The notes under the pieces are model-generated. The model saw nothing but the letters and a program-made list of their open reading frames with translations. It did not search any database and was not told the origin of the DNA. DNA of 64,000 nt from Clostridium sp. 28_17 (GTDB lineage: Bacteria > Bacillota > Clostridia > TANB77 > CAG-508), in the NCBI GenBank assembly GCA_001916065.1, contig MNRS01000016.1, forward strand, positions 47-64,046, read 5' to 3'. Below are positions 25,761-35,801 of the stretch, piece after piece. Position numbers and translations under genes: made by a program. Within the stretch, counting starts at the first letter, position 1. The number at the start of each line of letters is the position of its first letter.

Positions 25761-27053
25761 ATGAAAATTAAAGATGGGGAATATAAAGAAAGATTAATTG
25801 AAAAAAAGTTAAAAGATTATTTATCTGTATTTGGGGCTGTGAGTATAGAAGGGCCAAAATGGTGTGGAAAAACATGGACATCATTAAAAAATTCTAAAAG
25901 TGCAGTTTTTATGGATGACGAAGATGTAAGAAAAATGGCAAATTTAGATGTTAAATCTATATTTAATAGTGACATAGAAAAAAAACCACAATTAATTGAT
26001 GAGTGGAATTTGGTTCCAACAGTATGGGATGCTGTTAGACGTGAGTGTGATAAAACAATAGAAAAAGGAAATTTTATTATAACAGGTTCTACAACGTTAC
26101 CAGATAAAGTAATGAAAGAAAATGTACATCATTCTGGTGCTGGGAGAATTGGAAGACTAAATATGTATACAATGAGTTTGTATGAGTCTGGAGATTCTTC
26201 TGGAGAGGCTTCTTTAACAAAAATGCTAAATAATACACAGGAAACAGTTAACACAGGTAGTATAGAAATATTACAATTAGCAAAATTAATAATAAGAGGT
26301 GGGTGGCCTGCTAACATAAATATCAGTGAGGAAAAAAGTGGAATTATTCCAAAATCTTATGTTGACTCAATATTAAATATAGACATGAATGAAGGAGAAG
26401 ATAAAAAGAGAGATAAAAGCAAAATGAGAATGCTACTAAGATCTCTTGCACGTAATGAATCATCAATTGTTGGAAATAAGACAATATTGAAAGACATAGA
26501 AGATTGTGAAAGCGAGGCGGAGCGTTTATCTAGTAGAGATACAATAATTGACTATTTGGATGTATTAGATAGATTACATTTAATTGAAAATCAAGAAGCA
26601 TATGGAGAAAATTATCGTTCACCTAGTAGAATTGGAAAATCACCTAAAAGACATCTTACAGACCCATCATTAGCATGTGCTTGTTTAGGATTGACGCCTG
26701 AAAAACTTTTAAAGGATTTTAACACATTTGGTTTTATGTTTGAATCACTAGTTGAGAGAGATTTAAGAATATATATGGATTATTTGGATGGACATTTATA
26801 TCATTTTAGAGATAATGTTACAGGATTAGAGGTTGATTCAATTCTAGAATTTTCAGATGGCGAGTATGCTGCAGTTGAAATAAAATTGGGATATAATCAG
26901 GTGGAAGAGGCTAAAAAAAGTTTGTTAAAATTTTATGATAATATGGTTAAAAAACCAGCATTTATGTGTATTATTTTTGGAAAATGTCCTGCAATTATTA
27001 AAGACCCAGAAACAGGAATTTATATTGTACCGATTACTGCTTTAAAGCCATAG
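25761..27053 (+). CDS. AAA-family ATPase (AAA_14 plus DUF4143-like architecture)
   Basis: The Walker A-like motif GPKWCGKT and a ~430-aa length. The C-terminal region resembles the DUF4143 restriction-endonuclease-like tail (DSILEFSDGEYAAVEIKLG). ATG 25761 follows AGAGAGGTG. Confidence 0.65.
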   Translation: MKIKDGEYKERLIEKKLKDYLSVFGAVSIEGPKWCGKTWTSLKNSKSAVFMDDEDVRKMANLDVKSIFNSDIEKKPQLIDEWNLVPTVWDAVRRECDKTIEKGNFIITGSTTLPDKVMKENVHHSGAGRIGRLNMYTMSLYESGDSSGEASLTKMLNNTQETVNTGSIEILQLAKLIIRGGWPANINISEEKSGIIPKSYVDSILNIDMNEGEDKKRDKSKMRMLLRSLARNESSIVGNKTILKDIEDCESEAERLSSRDTIIDYLDVLDRLHLIENQEAYGENYRSPSRIGKSPKRHLTDPSLACACLGLTPEKLLKDFNTFGFMFESLVERDLRIYMDYLDGHLYHFRDNVTGLEVDSILEFSDGEYAAVEIKLGYNQVEEAKKSLLKFYDNMVKKPAFMCIIFGKCPAIIKDPETGIYIVPITALKP

Positions 27054-27061
27054 TTATAAGG

Positions 27062-27097
27062 ATAGCTATAGATTATAAATCTATGGCTATTTTTCTG
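27062..27097 (+). terminator. Hairpin terminator, related in sequence to the one at 30138
   Basis: ATAGCTATAGAT, a 5-nt loop, ATCTATGGCTAT, then TTTTCTGTTTTTTT. Confidence 0.7.
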
Positions 27098-27298
27098 TTT
27101 TTTTATTACAAAAAATGGAAAATATTTCAATTAGAAAATATAACCATAAATGTTGAAATACATAATTTGTTATGTTAGAATAAAATTGAAAAAATGATAA
27201 AATACATATTTAATACGAGATGAAACTATTTAAACTAAATTTAATATTGGGTTATTGTTTAAGATTAAATTGGAAAAATACTAAGGAGGAATTTTAAA

Positions 27299-28948
27299 AT
27301 GTTATTAAAGAAAAATAAGGGGATAACTCTTGTAGCACTTGTTATTACAATAGTGATTTTGTTGATTTTGGCAGGGATTTCTATTTCTACTTTAACAAAT
27401 ACTGGAATATTTCAAAAGGCAAAAGATGCTAAAAGTGCAAGTGAGAATGCAGAAAGGCAAGAGGAAAGTGTATTGGCAGAGTATGAAGATGAATTAAGTA
27501 GATATACATCAAATGATAGCTGGGATAATGGTGTAAATAAACCAGAATTAATGACAGGAATGACTGCTGTAAACTTTGAAAAAAATGAAATTACAAAAGT
27601 GTATAAAACTAACTTAAATTTAGAAAATACAAATAATGAGAAAAATACATGGTATAATTATGAAGATAAAAGATGGGCAAATGCTATAACAAAAGATAAT
27701 GATGGAAATATAACTGCATATTGGGTTTGGATTCCAAGATTTGCTTATAGAATTCATAAAGATGATGAAGGAAATAAAACAGAAAAATTTGATATAGTTT
27801 TTTTAATTGGAACTACAGATAATTATTACGATGATAATGGAAATTTGAAAGTTGCACAAAGACAAAAGAAAATAGGACAAAAAATAAATACTGATGGGGA
27901 GACTTATACAGTACATCCAGCGTTTACAAATGAAACAAAAATAAATTATGTGAATGGAGGCTGGAAAAAAGAACTTACAGGAATATGGGTTGCAAAATTT
28001 GAAGCAGGTTTTTATGATAAGGGTACGGATTTAAAAAAGATATCAAGTAAAGTAGAATATACACAAGCAGAGGTATATACTGCGAGTAACAAAAATGAAA
28101 GTGCAAGAAATTATTTGAATGGAAAATATGGTTCAACAAAAACTAATATAACATATCCGGTATTTTTAGGTGAAAAGTATTCTATGAATTATATGAATCA
28201 TAGTGATGCGTACAGTATATCAAGGGCATTGACAGATGATGGAAATGTGTATGGACTAGATAAAAAAATGACAGATAGTCATTTGATGAAAAATAGTGAA
28301 TGGGGAGCGGTAGCATATTTGGGACAAAGTAAATATGGATTAGATGGTAAAAATATAAGAATTAATAATTTGAATGTAGAGGATGATAATAATTTTGTAT
28401 ATGCAATGACGGGATATTCTGCAAAAAATGATGATGATGAGAATACTAAAGAAATAAAAAATGTATGGAAATGGAATGAAGAAGATGGTACAGTTGCCAG
28501 TAGTACAGGAAATGTATATGGAATTTATGATTTGTCAGGAGGAGTATGGGAAAGAACTGCATCAATTATTAATAATGGGAATGATAATTTAAATAAGTAT
28601 GGAAAATCACTTATGAATGCATTAAATAATGGTGATAGTTCTGCATATGTTACTGTTTATCCAAAAGGAGAAAATGAAGGAGAAGGATTAGAGGATGCAG
28701 GCAAAAATAATTATGAAAAAAGCAATATTTATGGTGATGCAATTAGGGAAACGTCAATAGCGGGAGTTGGACAAACTTCATGGTATAATGATCTTTCATG
28801 TTTTATTGGATCATATAACCCATTATTTGTACGTGGAGGATATTGTTGGGATAATAAAAAGGCAGGATTGTTTGCATTCTATCGTTTTCAAGGTGGTTGC
28901 GGAAGCTTTTATAGTACAGGTTTTCGTTCAGTACTTGTGGTTCAATAA
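27299..28948 (+). CDS. Pilin-like protein: a prepilin-type N-terminus lacking Glu+5, plus a large FGE-sulfatase/C-type-lectin-like domain
   Basis: KNKG-ITLVALVITIVILLILAGISI is the pilin-type leader and helix. NVYGIYDLSGGVWERT, FVRGGYCW and STGFRSVLVV resemble FGE-sulfatase (SUMF1) family motifs. Confidence 0.7.
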   Translation: MLLKKNKGITLVALVITIVILLILAGISISTLTNTGIFQKAKDAKSASENAERQEESVLAEYEDELSRYTSNDSWDNGVNKPELMTGMTAVNFEKNEITKVYKTNLNLENTNNEKNTWYNYEDKRWANAITKDNDGNITAYWVWIPRFAYRIHKDDEGNKTEKFDIVFLIGTTDNYYDDNGNLKVAQRQKKIGQKINTDGETYTVHPAFTNETKINYVNGGWKKELTGIWVAKFEAGFYDKGTDLKKISSKVEYTQAEVYTASNKNESARNYLNGKYGSTKTNITYPVFLGEKYSMNYMNHSDAYSISRALTDDGNVYGLDKKMTDSHLMKNSEWGAVAYLGQSKYGLDGKNIRINNLNVEDDNNFVYAMTGYSAKNDDDENTKEIKNVWKWNEEDGTVASSTGNVYGIYDLSGGVWERTASIINNGNDNLNKYGKSLMNALNNGDSSAYVTVYPKGENEGEGLEDAGKNNYEKSNIYGDAIRETSIAGVGQTSWYNDLSCFIGSYNPLFVRGGYCWDNKKAGLFAFYRFQGGCGSFYSTGFRSVLVVQ

Positions 28949-28987
28949 AAATTTTAGAAAAACAAAAGAAATGAGGGAAACTTAATT

Positions 28988-30076
28988 ATGAAGAATTTAA
29001 AAAATTCAAAAGCTATTACACTTGTAGCACTTGTTATTACAATAGTGATTTTGTTGATTTTGGCGGGGATTTCTATTTCTACTTTAACAAATACTGGAAT
29101 ATTTCAAAAGGCAAAAGATGCTAAAAGTGCAAGTGAGAATGCAGAAAGAGACGAAGATACTTTGATTTCAAAATATGAAAAAGAATTAAATAAATATATA
29201 TCAAATGATTTAGAAGAAAATATAGGAATGAAATTTGACAAAAATACTGAATTGCATGATAAAAATGGAAATAAAATTGTTGTTCCAAAAGGATTTAAAA
29301 TTGTAGTTGATGAAGATACTGAAAATGCAAAGGCTGTAGAAGATGGAATTGTAATAGAGGATGCAACAGATGCATCGACTAAAGGAAGTCAATTTGTTTG
29401 GATTCCGGTTGGGAAAATAAAAAAAACAGATGGAACAATTACTGAAATAAAATTAGATAGATATACTTTTTTAGAAGATGGAACTCCGGTAGAACAGGGA
29501 GAAAATGTTGTTGAATATTTTTTTAAGGAACTAAATAAATCAAATGGAGATAATATAACAGCAAAAAACATTGATGAATTTAAGAATAGTGTTGATTTGA
29601 ATGGTGGATATTATATAGGAAGATATGAGACAAGAAAAAATAAAAATGGAGGGATTACAGAGGTAAAATCAGATGTTGTATTGAATGATGTAACACAGAT
29701 AGATGCTGCAAATTATGCACGAAATATGTACAATGATAAAAATTATACGTGTGATTTAATTAATAGTTATGCATGGGATACGGCAACGCTTTTTTTGCAA
29801 AGTTTTGGAAATAACAAGACTTATTCAAGAAAAAATAGTTTGAATGTTGAAACACTTGAAGAAAATGGAACAATAGACGATAAACAATGTAATGTGTTTG
29901 ATATGGCAAGCAATTTAATGGAATGGACAACGGAAACGTTTAACGGTGAGAAAGCAGGTGTACTTAGAGGTGGACGTTATAATGATAGTTATATTTATAC
30001 TGGATGGAGAGGCAATAATAAAGCATCTGTTATTTATAACGGATTTGGTTTTAGACCAATATTATATTTAAAGTAA
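28988..30076 (+). CDS. Second pilin-like protein with the same N-terminal module and a divergent FGE-sulfatase-like domain
   Basis: NSKA-ITLVALVITIVILLILAGISI at the N-terminus. GRYE, NSYAWDTA, NVFDMASNLMEWTTE, VLRGGRYND and GFGFRPILYL match FGE-sulfatase motifs. Confidence 0.75.
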   Translation: MKNLKNSKAITLVALVITIVILLILAGISISTLTNTGIFQKAKDAKSASENAERDEDTLISKYEKELNKYISNDLEENIGMKFDKNTELHDKNGNKIVVPKGFKIVVDEDTENAKAVEDGIVIEDATDASTKGSQFVWIPVGKIKKTDGTITEIKLDRYTFLEDGTPVEQGENVVEYFFKELNKSNGDNITAKNIDEFKNSVDLNGGYYIGRYETRKNKNGGITEVKSDVVLNDVTQIDAANYARNMYNDKNYTCDLINSYAWDTATLFLQSFGNNKTYSRKNSLNVETLEENGTIDDKQCNVFDMASNLMEWTTETFNGEKAGVLRGGRYNDSYIYTGWRGNNKASVIYNGFGFRPILYLK

Positions 30077-30137
30077 TTTCTAACTTTTTATTAAGATTTT
30101 TTTGAGATATAAAGTGAAAATAAAAATATCATAAAAA

Positions 30138-30172
30138 ATAGTTATAGACCACAAATCTATGACTATTTTTTT
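30138..30172 (+). terminator. Hairpin terminator, related in sequence to the one at 27062
   Basis: ATAGTTATAGAC, a 5-nt loop, ATCTATGACTAT, then TTTTTTTG. Confidence 0.7.
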
Positions 30173-30221
30173 GTTTCAAATTATAAGATAAATCCAGTTC
30201 ACAAAAAATTCACAAAAAAAT

Positions 30222-30248
30222 TTAGCAAAAGGTATTGACAAGTGCTAA
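30222..30248. promoter_or_regulatory. Degenerate CIRCE-like operator overlapping the hrcA promoter -35
   Basis: TTAGCAAAA-GGTATTGAC-AAGTGCTAA, compared with the consensus TTAGCACTC-N9-GAGTGCTAA. Confidence 0.5.
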
Positions 30249-30263
30249 AAAAGGATATAATAT
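30235..30263 (+). promoter_or_regulatory. Sigma-A promoter of the hrcA-grpE-dnaK-dnaJ operon
   Basis: TTGACA, a 17-nt spacer, then TAATAT. Confidence 0.6.
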
Positions 30264-30272
30264 ATAACAAGA

Positions 30273-30299
30273 TTAGCAAACAAACAAAAAGAGTGCTAA
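30273..30299. promoter_or_regulatory. CIRCE-like operator (HrcA binding site)
   Basis: TTAGCAAAC-AAACAAAAA-GAGTGCTAA. The right arm is perfect and the left arm has 2 mismatches. It lies 14 nt before the hrcA ATG. Confidence 0.65.
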
Positions 30300-30312
30300 A
30301 AGAGGTGATAAA

Positions 30313-31323
30313 ATGCTAGACGATAGAAAAAAGAAAGTATTACAAGCCATAGTAGAAGAATATATAAACACAGCAGAGCCAGTAAGTTCAAATGCACTAA
30401 CAAATAATGAAGAACTACAATATAGTAGTGCAACAATAAGAAACGAAATGGCAGACCTTGAAAAAGCAGGATATCTAGAAAAAACACATACATCAAGTGG
30501 AAGAATACCATCAGAAAAAGGATATAGATACTATGTAGACGAACTTTTAAAAGACGACAACATAAGTATGGAAGAAATTAAATATATAAGTGACAAATTA
30601 GAAACAAAAGTAAATGAAATTGAAGACTTAACAAAAATTGCAACAACAACAATTTCGGAAATAACACATTATACAACATTAGCAATTGGACCAAGTTCAC
30701 AAGATTTGTTGATTGAAGAAATAAAATTTGTTTTGCTAGGACCAAGAATGTTAATGGCAATAATATTAACAAACACAGGAATGGTAAAGGAAACAATAAT
30801 AAAATTTGACGAAGATATAACAGACAAACAAGTAGAAACAATAAATTATATGTTTAATCAAAAGCTGAAAGGTCAACCACTTCAAATTATAGATGTTCCA
30901 TTAGAAGAATATCTAATAAATGAAATGAAATATAGTGTAAAAGTTATAAAACCAATTATAGAACAAATCAAAAAAGTCATTTCAGAAGATAGGCAAGTAT
31001 ATCTTGAGGGGGCAAACAAAGCCTTTGATTTACCAGAATTTAATAGTTTAGCAGTTGCTAAAAATTTTGTAAATATAATTGACGAAAAAGATTTAATGAC
31101 AGACATATTAAATTCAGGATTTGCAAAAGATATAAATGTATATATAGGGGACGAAAATGAAAAAGAAGAACTTAAAGATTTTAGTGTTATAACCTTTAAA
31201 CATAAAGTTGGTGACAAAGATATGGGAACAATAGGAATTATAGGACCTAAAAGGATGGATTATTCAAAAGTTATTTCAGTTATGAAGTATATAAATAAAA
31301 AATTAAAAGACAAAGGAATATAA
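30313..31323 (+). CDS. hrcA: Heat-inducible transcription repressor HrcA
   Basis: MLDDRKKKVLQAIVEEYINTAEPVSSNAL is the canonical HrcA N-terminus. The operon context agrees. Confidence 0.95.
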   Translation: MLDDRKKKVLQAIVEEYINTAEPVSSNALTNNEELQYSSATIRNEMADLEKAGYLEKTHTSSGRIPSEKGYRYYVDELLKDDNISMEEIKYISDKLETKVNEIEDLTKIATTTISEITHYTTLAIGPSSQDLLIEEIKFVLLGPRMLMAIILTNTGMVKETIIKFDEDITDKQVETINYMFNQKLKGQPLQIIDVPLEEYLINEMKYSVKVIKPIIEQIKKVISEDRQVYLEGANKAFDLPEFNSLAVAKNFVNIIDEKDLMTDILNSGFAKDINVYIGDENEKEELKDFSVITFKHKVGDKDMGTIGIIGPKRMDYSKVISVMKYINKKLKDKGI

Positions 31324-31378
31324 AATACTTTGAATAAAAATTTCTTGAAGATAAAAAATAAAAGAAAGAGGCGATAAG

Positions 31379-31885
31379 ATGTCAGAAAAAAATGAAAATG
31401 TTGAACAAGAAGTAACAGAAGAAATCAAAAAAATTAATGAAGAAAAAAGTGAATTACAAAAAAAACAACAAGAATTAGACGATTTGACAGACAGATATAA
31501 AAGAATTCTAGCCGAATTTGAAAATCATAAAAAAAGAAGTCAAAAAGAAAGAGAAGGCATGTATAATTCAATTTTAGGTGATGTTGTGGAGGTTATGCTT
31601 CCAATATTAGATAACCTAGAAAATGCAGCAAAAGTTGAGACTCAAGATGAAAATTATAAAAAAGGTGTTGAACTTGTTTTAAAACAATTTCAAGATGTAC
31701 TTAAATCAAAAGGTGTAGAAGAAATCAAAGCACTTGGAGAAACTTTTGATCCAGAACTTCATGAGGCTGTTAGCAGTGTTCAGGATGATTCTAAAGGTGA
31801 AAAGGAAATTGTTCAAGAATATAGAAAGGGCTACAAAATAGGTCATAGGGTTATTAGACATTCTATGGTGGTAGTAGCCAACTAA
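31379..31885 (+). CDS. grpE: Nucleotide exchange factor GrpE
   Basis: RILAEFENHKKRSQKE and FDPELHEAV motifs, located between hrcA and dnaK. Confidence 0.93.
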   Translation: MSEKNENVEQEVTEEIKKINEEKSELQKKQQELDDLTDRYKRILAEFENHKKRSQKEREGMYNSILGDVVEVMLPILDNLENAAKVETQDENYKKGVELVLKQFQDVLKSKGVEEIKALGETFDPELHEAVSSVQDDSKGEKEIVQEYRKGYKIGHRVIRHSMVVVAN

Positions 31886-32054
31886 ATAAGTTATTAATTT
31901 TAAGTTAGCTGTTGAGGTTATGCCGATTACAGATAACATATACAATTGAGCAAAGCAAAATTGTAAAAATTATAAATATAAAATAAGCAAAGCTTAAAGG
32001 GTTGGCAGACGAAGATTTCGAAGAAATCTTTGGATGACGATGAACGAAGCGTAG

Positions 32055-33944
<1,890 letters not shown>

Positions 33945-33958
33945 AATTTGAAAAATTT

Positions 33959-34027
33959 CGGGATTGGGGGACGGGTCTCTAATCCCGAAAAAATTATACG
34001 GGATTAGAGACCCGTCCCTCAATCCCG
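33959..34027. repeat. Inverted pair of CGGGATT-N15-AATCCCG elements between dnaK and dnaJ, able to form a ~29-bp hairpin
   Basis: The units at 33959-33987 (forward) and 33999-34027 (inverted) are complementary with 1 mismatch, an 11-nt loop and a trailing AATTTTT. Confidence 0.85.
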
Positions 34028-34046
34028 AATTTTTATGGAGGAAAAA

Positions 34047-35207
34047 ATGGCTAATAAAATAGATTATTATGAGGTTTTAGGTGTTAATAAAAATGCCACT
34101 GATGATGAATTAAAAAAAGCATATAGAAAAATGGCAAAAAAATATCATCCAGATGCAAACCCAGATAATAAAGAAGAAGCGGAAAAGAAATTTAAAGAAG
34201 TTAACGAAGCATATGAAACACTTTCTAATCCTCAAAAAAGAAGAATGTATGACCAATTTGGAACAGCTGATCCACAAGGATTTGGAGGGGCTGGTGGTCC
34301 ATTTGGAGGTGGAAATTATACATATTCTACTTCCGGATTTGATGGTTTTGGAGATTTTGGAGATTTAGGTGATATATTCTCATCTTTCTTTGGTGGAGGC
34401 TTTGGAGGCAGACAATCTGCCAGAAAAAATAATGGACCAAGAAAAGGTGCAGATTTAAACTTAAATATGGATATTACATTTGAAGAGGCTTTTTTAGGTG
34501 TTGAAAAAGAAGTTGTAATAAATAGAAATGAAACTTGTGAACATTGCCATGGAACTGGTGCAAAACCTGGAACTAATCCTATAAAATGTCCAGATTGTCA
34601 TGGAACAGGTCAAGTAACACAAGTTCAAAATACAATTTTAGGTCAAGTGCAAACAACTAGAACATGTGGTAAATGTCATGGAACTGGTGAAATTATTACA
34701 GAGGTTTGTGAATTCTGTAAAGGTAAAGGGACTATAAGAAAACAACCAAAAATAAAAGTTAAAATTCCTGCAGGAATTGATGATAATCAAACTGTAGTAT
34801 TAAGAGGAGAGGGTGAACCAGGTAGCAAAGGTGGACCAAAAGGTGATTTGTATATCACATTAAGAATTAAAAAACATAGTATATTTACAAGAAAAGGTAA
34901 TAATGTTTTGTGTGATATTCCAATTACTATGACTCAAGCGGCACTAGGGGCAGAACTTCAAATACCTATGGTTGATGGAAGTAAGGAAAAATATAGAATC
35001 CCGGAAGGTACTCAAACGGGTACAAAATTTACTATTAGAAATAAAGGATTTAAATATGTAAATTCAACATCTGAAGGCGATTATGTATTTACTGTTATAG
35101 TTCAAACTCCTAAGAGATTGACTAAGGAGCAAAGAGAATTGCTTACTCAATTGGCTAGAACTATGAATGAGCAACCTCCTGTTAAGAAAAAAGGAATTTT
35201 TGGATAA
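34047..35207 (+). CDS. dnaJ: Molecular chaperone DnaJ
   Basis: A J-domain (DYYEVLGV...KKYHPD), a G/F region and four CxxCxGxG zinc motifs. ATG 34047 follows GGAGGA. Confidence 0.96.
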   Translation: MANKIDYYEVLGVNKNATDDELKKAYRKMAKKYHPDANPDNKEEAEKKFKEVNEAYETLSNPQKRRMYDQFGTADPQGFGGAGGPFGGGNYTYSTSGFDGFGDFGDLGDIFSSFFGGGFGGRQSARKNNGPRKGADLNLNMDITFEEAFLGVEKEVVINRNETCEHCHGTGAKPGTNPIKCPDCHGTGQVTQVQNTILGQVQTTRTCGKCHGTGEIITEVCEFCKGKGTIRKQPKIKVKIPAGIDDNQTVVLRGEGEPGSKGGPKGDLYITLRIKKHSIFTRKGNNVLCDIPITMTQAALGAELQIPMVDGSKEKYRIPEGTQTGTKFTIRNKGFKYVNSTSEGDYVFTVIVQTPKRLTKEQRELLTQLARTMNEQPPVKKKGIFG

Positions 35208-35221
35208 AATTTAGAACAAAG

Positions 35222-35242
35222 CTGAAAATTTTCAATTTTCAG
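35222..35242 (+). terminator. Hairpin after dnaJ
   Basis: CTGAAAATT-TTC-AATTTTCAG, a perfect 9-bp stem with a weak T-tail. Confidence 0.45.
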
Positions 35243-35326
35243 TCTTAACTCTACTTTTTATCATACTATGATAACTTTCCTAGAATATAAAAAAATCGAG
35301 ATTAAATATTAAATTAATCTCGATTT

Positions 35327-35548
35327 TTATTCTTTTTCTTCATTTTCTGTTTCATTTTCATTTGTTTTTAAATATTTTATAATATCTGTGTCAGAAATTT
35401 TTAAGACTTTTATAAGTTTTTTTAGTGTTTTTACTGTTGTTTTTGATTCGTTGTGTTCTAGACGTTGAAGGTGTCTCCAACTTATATCTACTTTTTCTGC
35501 TAATTCTTCTTGTGAAAATCCATTTTTAATTCTATATTCTTTTATCAT
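35327..35548 (-). CDS. XRE-family helix-turn-helix transcriptional regulator (73 aa)
   Basis: IKEYRIKNGFSQEELAEKVDISWRHLQRLEHNES is a typical HTH_3 pattern. Confidence 0.8.
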   Translation of the reverse strand: MIKEYRIKNGFSQEELAEKVDISWRHLQRLEHNESKTTVKTLKKLIKVLKISDTDIIKYLKTNENETENEEKE

Positions 35549-35801
35549 ATAGGTACCTCCATAGTAATTATGTGCTAATTATGTCATAATTATTAATAAA
35601 AAAGTATGATAAAAAAATTATAGAATTTTGGCGGTAAAATTAATTGTTATAGTTTATAGCACCAAAAATAATTTTATGGTCTGTGAACTGCAACAATTAA
35701 TTAAAAAACAAACTTTTTATATTTCATAAAAATCTTGATTTTTTAGTATTTTTGAAGTATAATTGTAACCGTACATAAAAACGAAGAAAGAAGGAAAATA
35801 A

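Noticed and set aside
25752-30076. The region from the ATPase to the pilin-like genes as a prophage or mobile element
   Set aside because: No integrase, transposase, recombinase or phage structural genes are present, and there are no terminal inverted repeats. Only the related terminator hairpins hint at insertion, and I report those separately at low interest.
33959-34027. Repeated 29-nt GC-rich units as a CRISPR array, and likewise the 4 x 23-bp repeats at 25620-25704
   Set aside because: The units occur singly or as inverted pairs with 9-47-nt gaps scattered across the window, not as direct repeats with 30-40-nt unique spacers. The 23-bp array leaves only about 7 nt between cores. No cas genes are present.
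34153-34368. Internal alternative-frame + strand ORFs (34153-34368 in dnaJ, 28767-28985 in the pilin-like gene, 52979-53167 in polC, 8513-8758 opposite DUF4912)
   Set aside because: They overlap confidently identified genes, lack an RBS and have skewed composition.
35549-35801. T-box leaders upstream of the aminoacyl-tRNA synthetase genes (alaS-like, hisS, gltX, serS)
   Set aside because: The spacers are too short (hisS 66 nt, gltX 28 nt), or I could not find the conserved T-box sequence or a specifier/antiterminator architecture. For the alaS-like gene and the DUF1653-serS operon, promoters sit close to the RBS.
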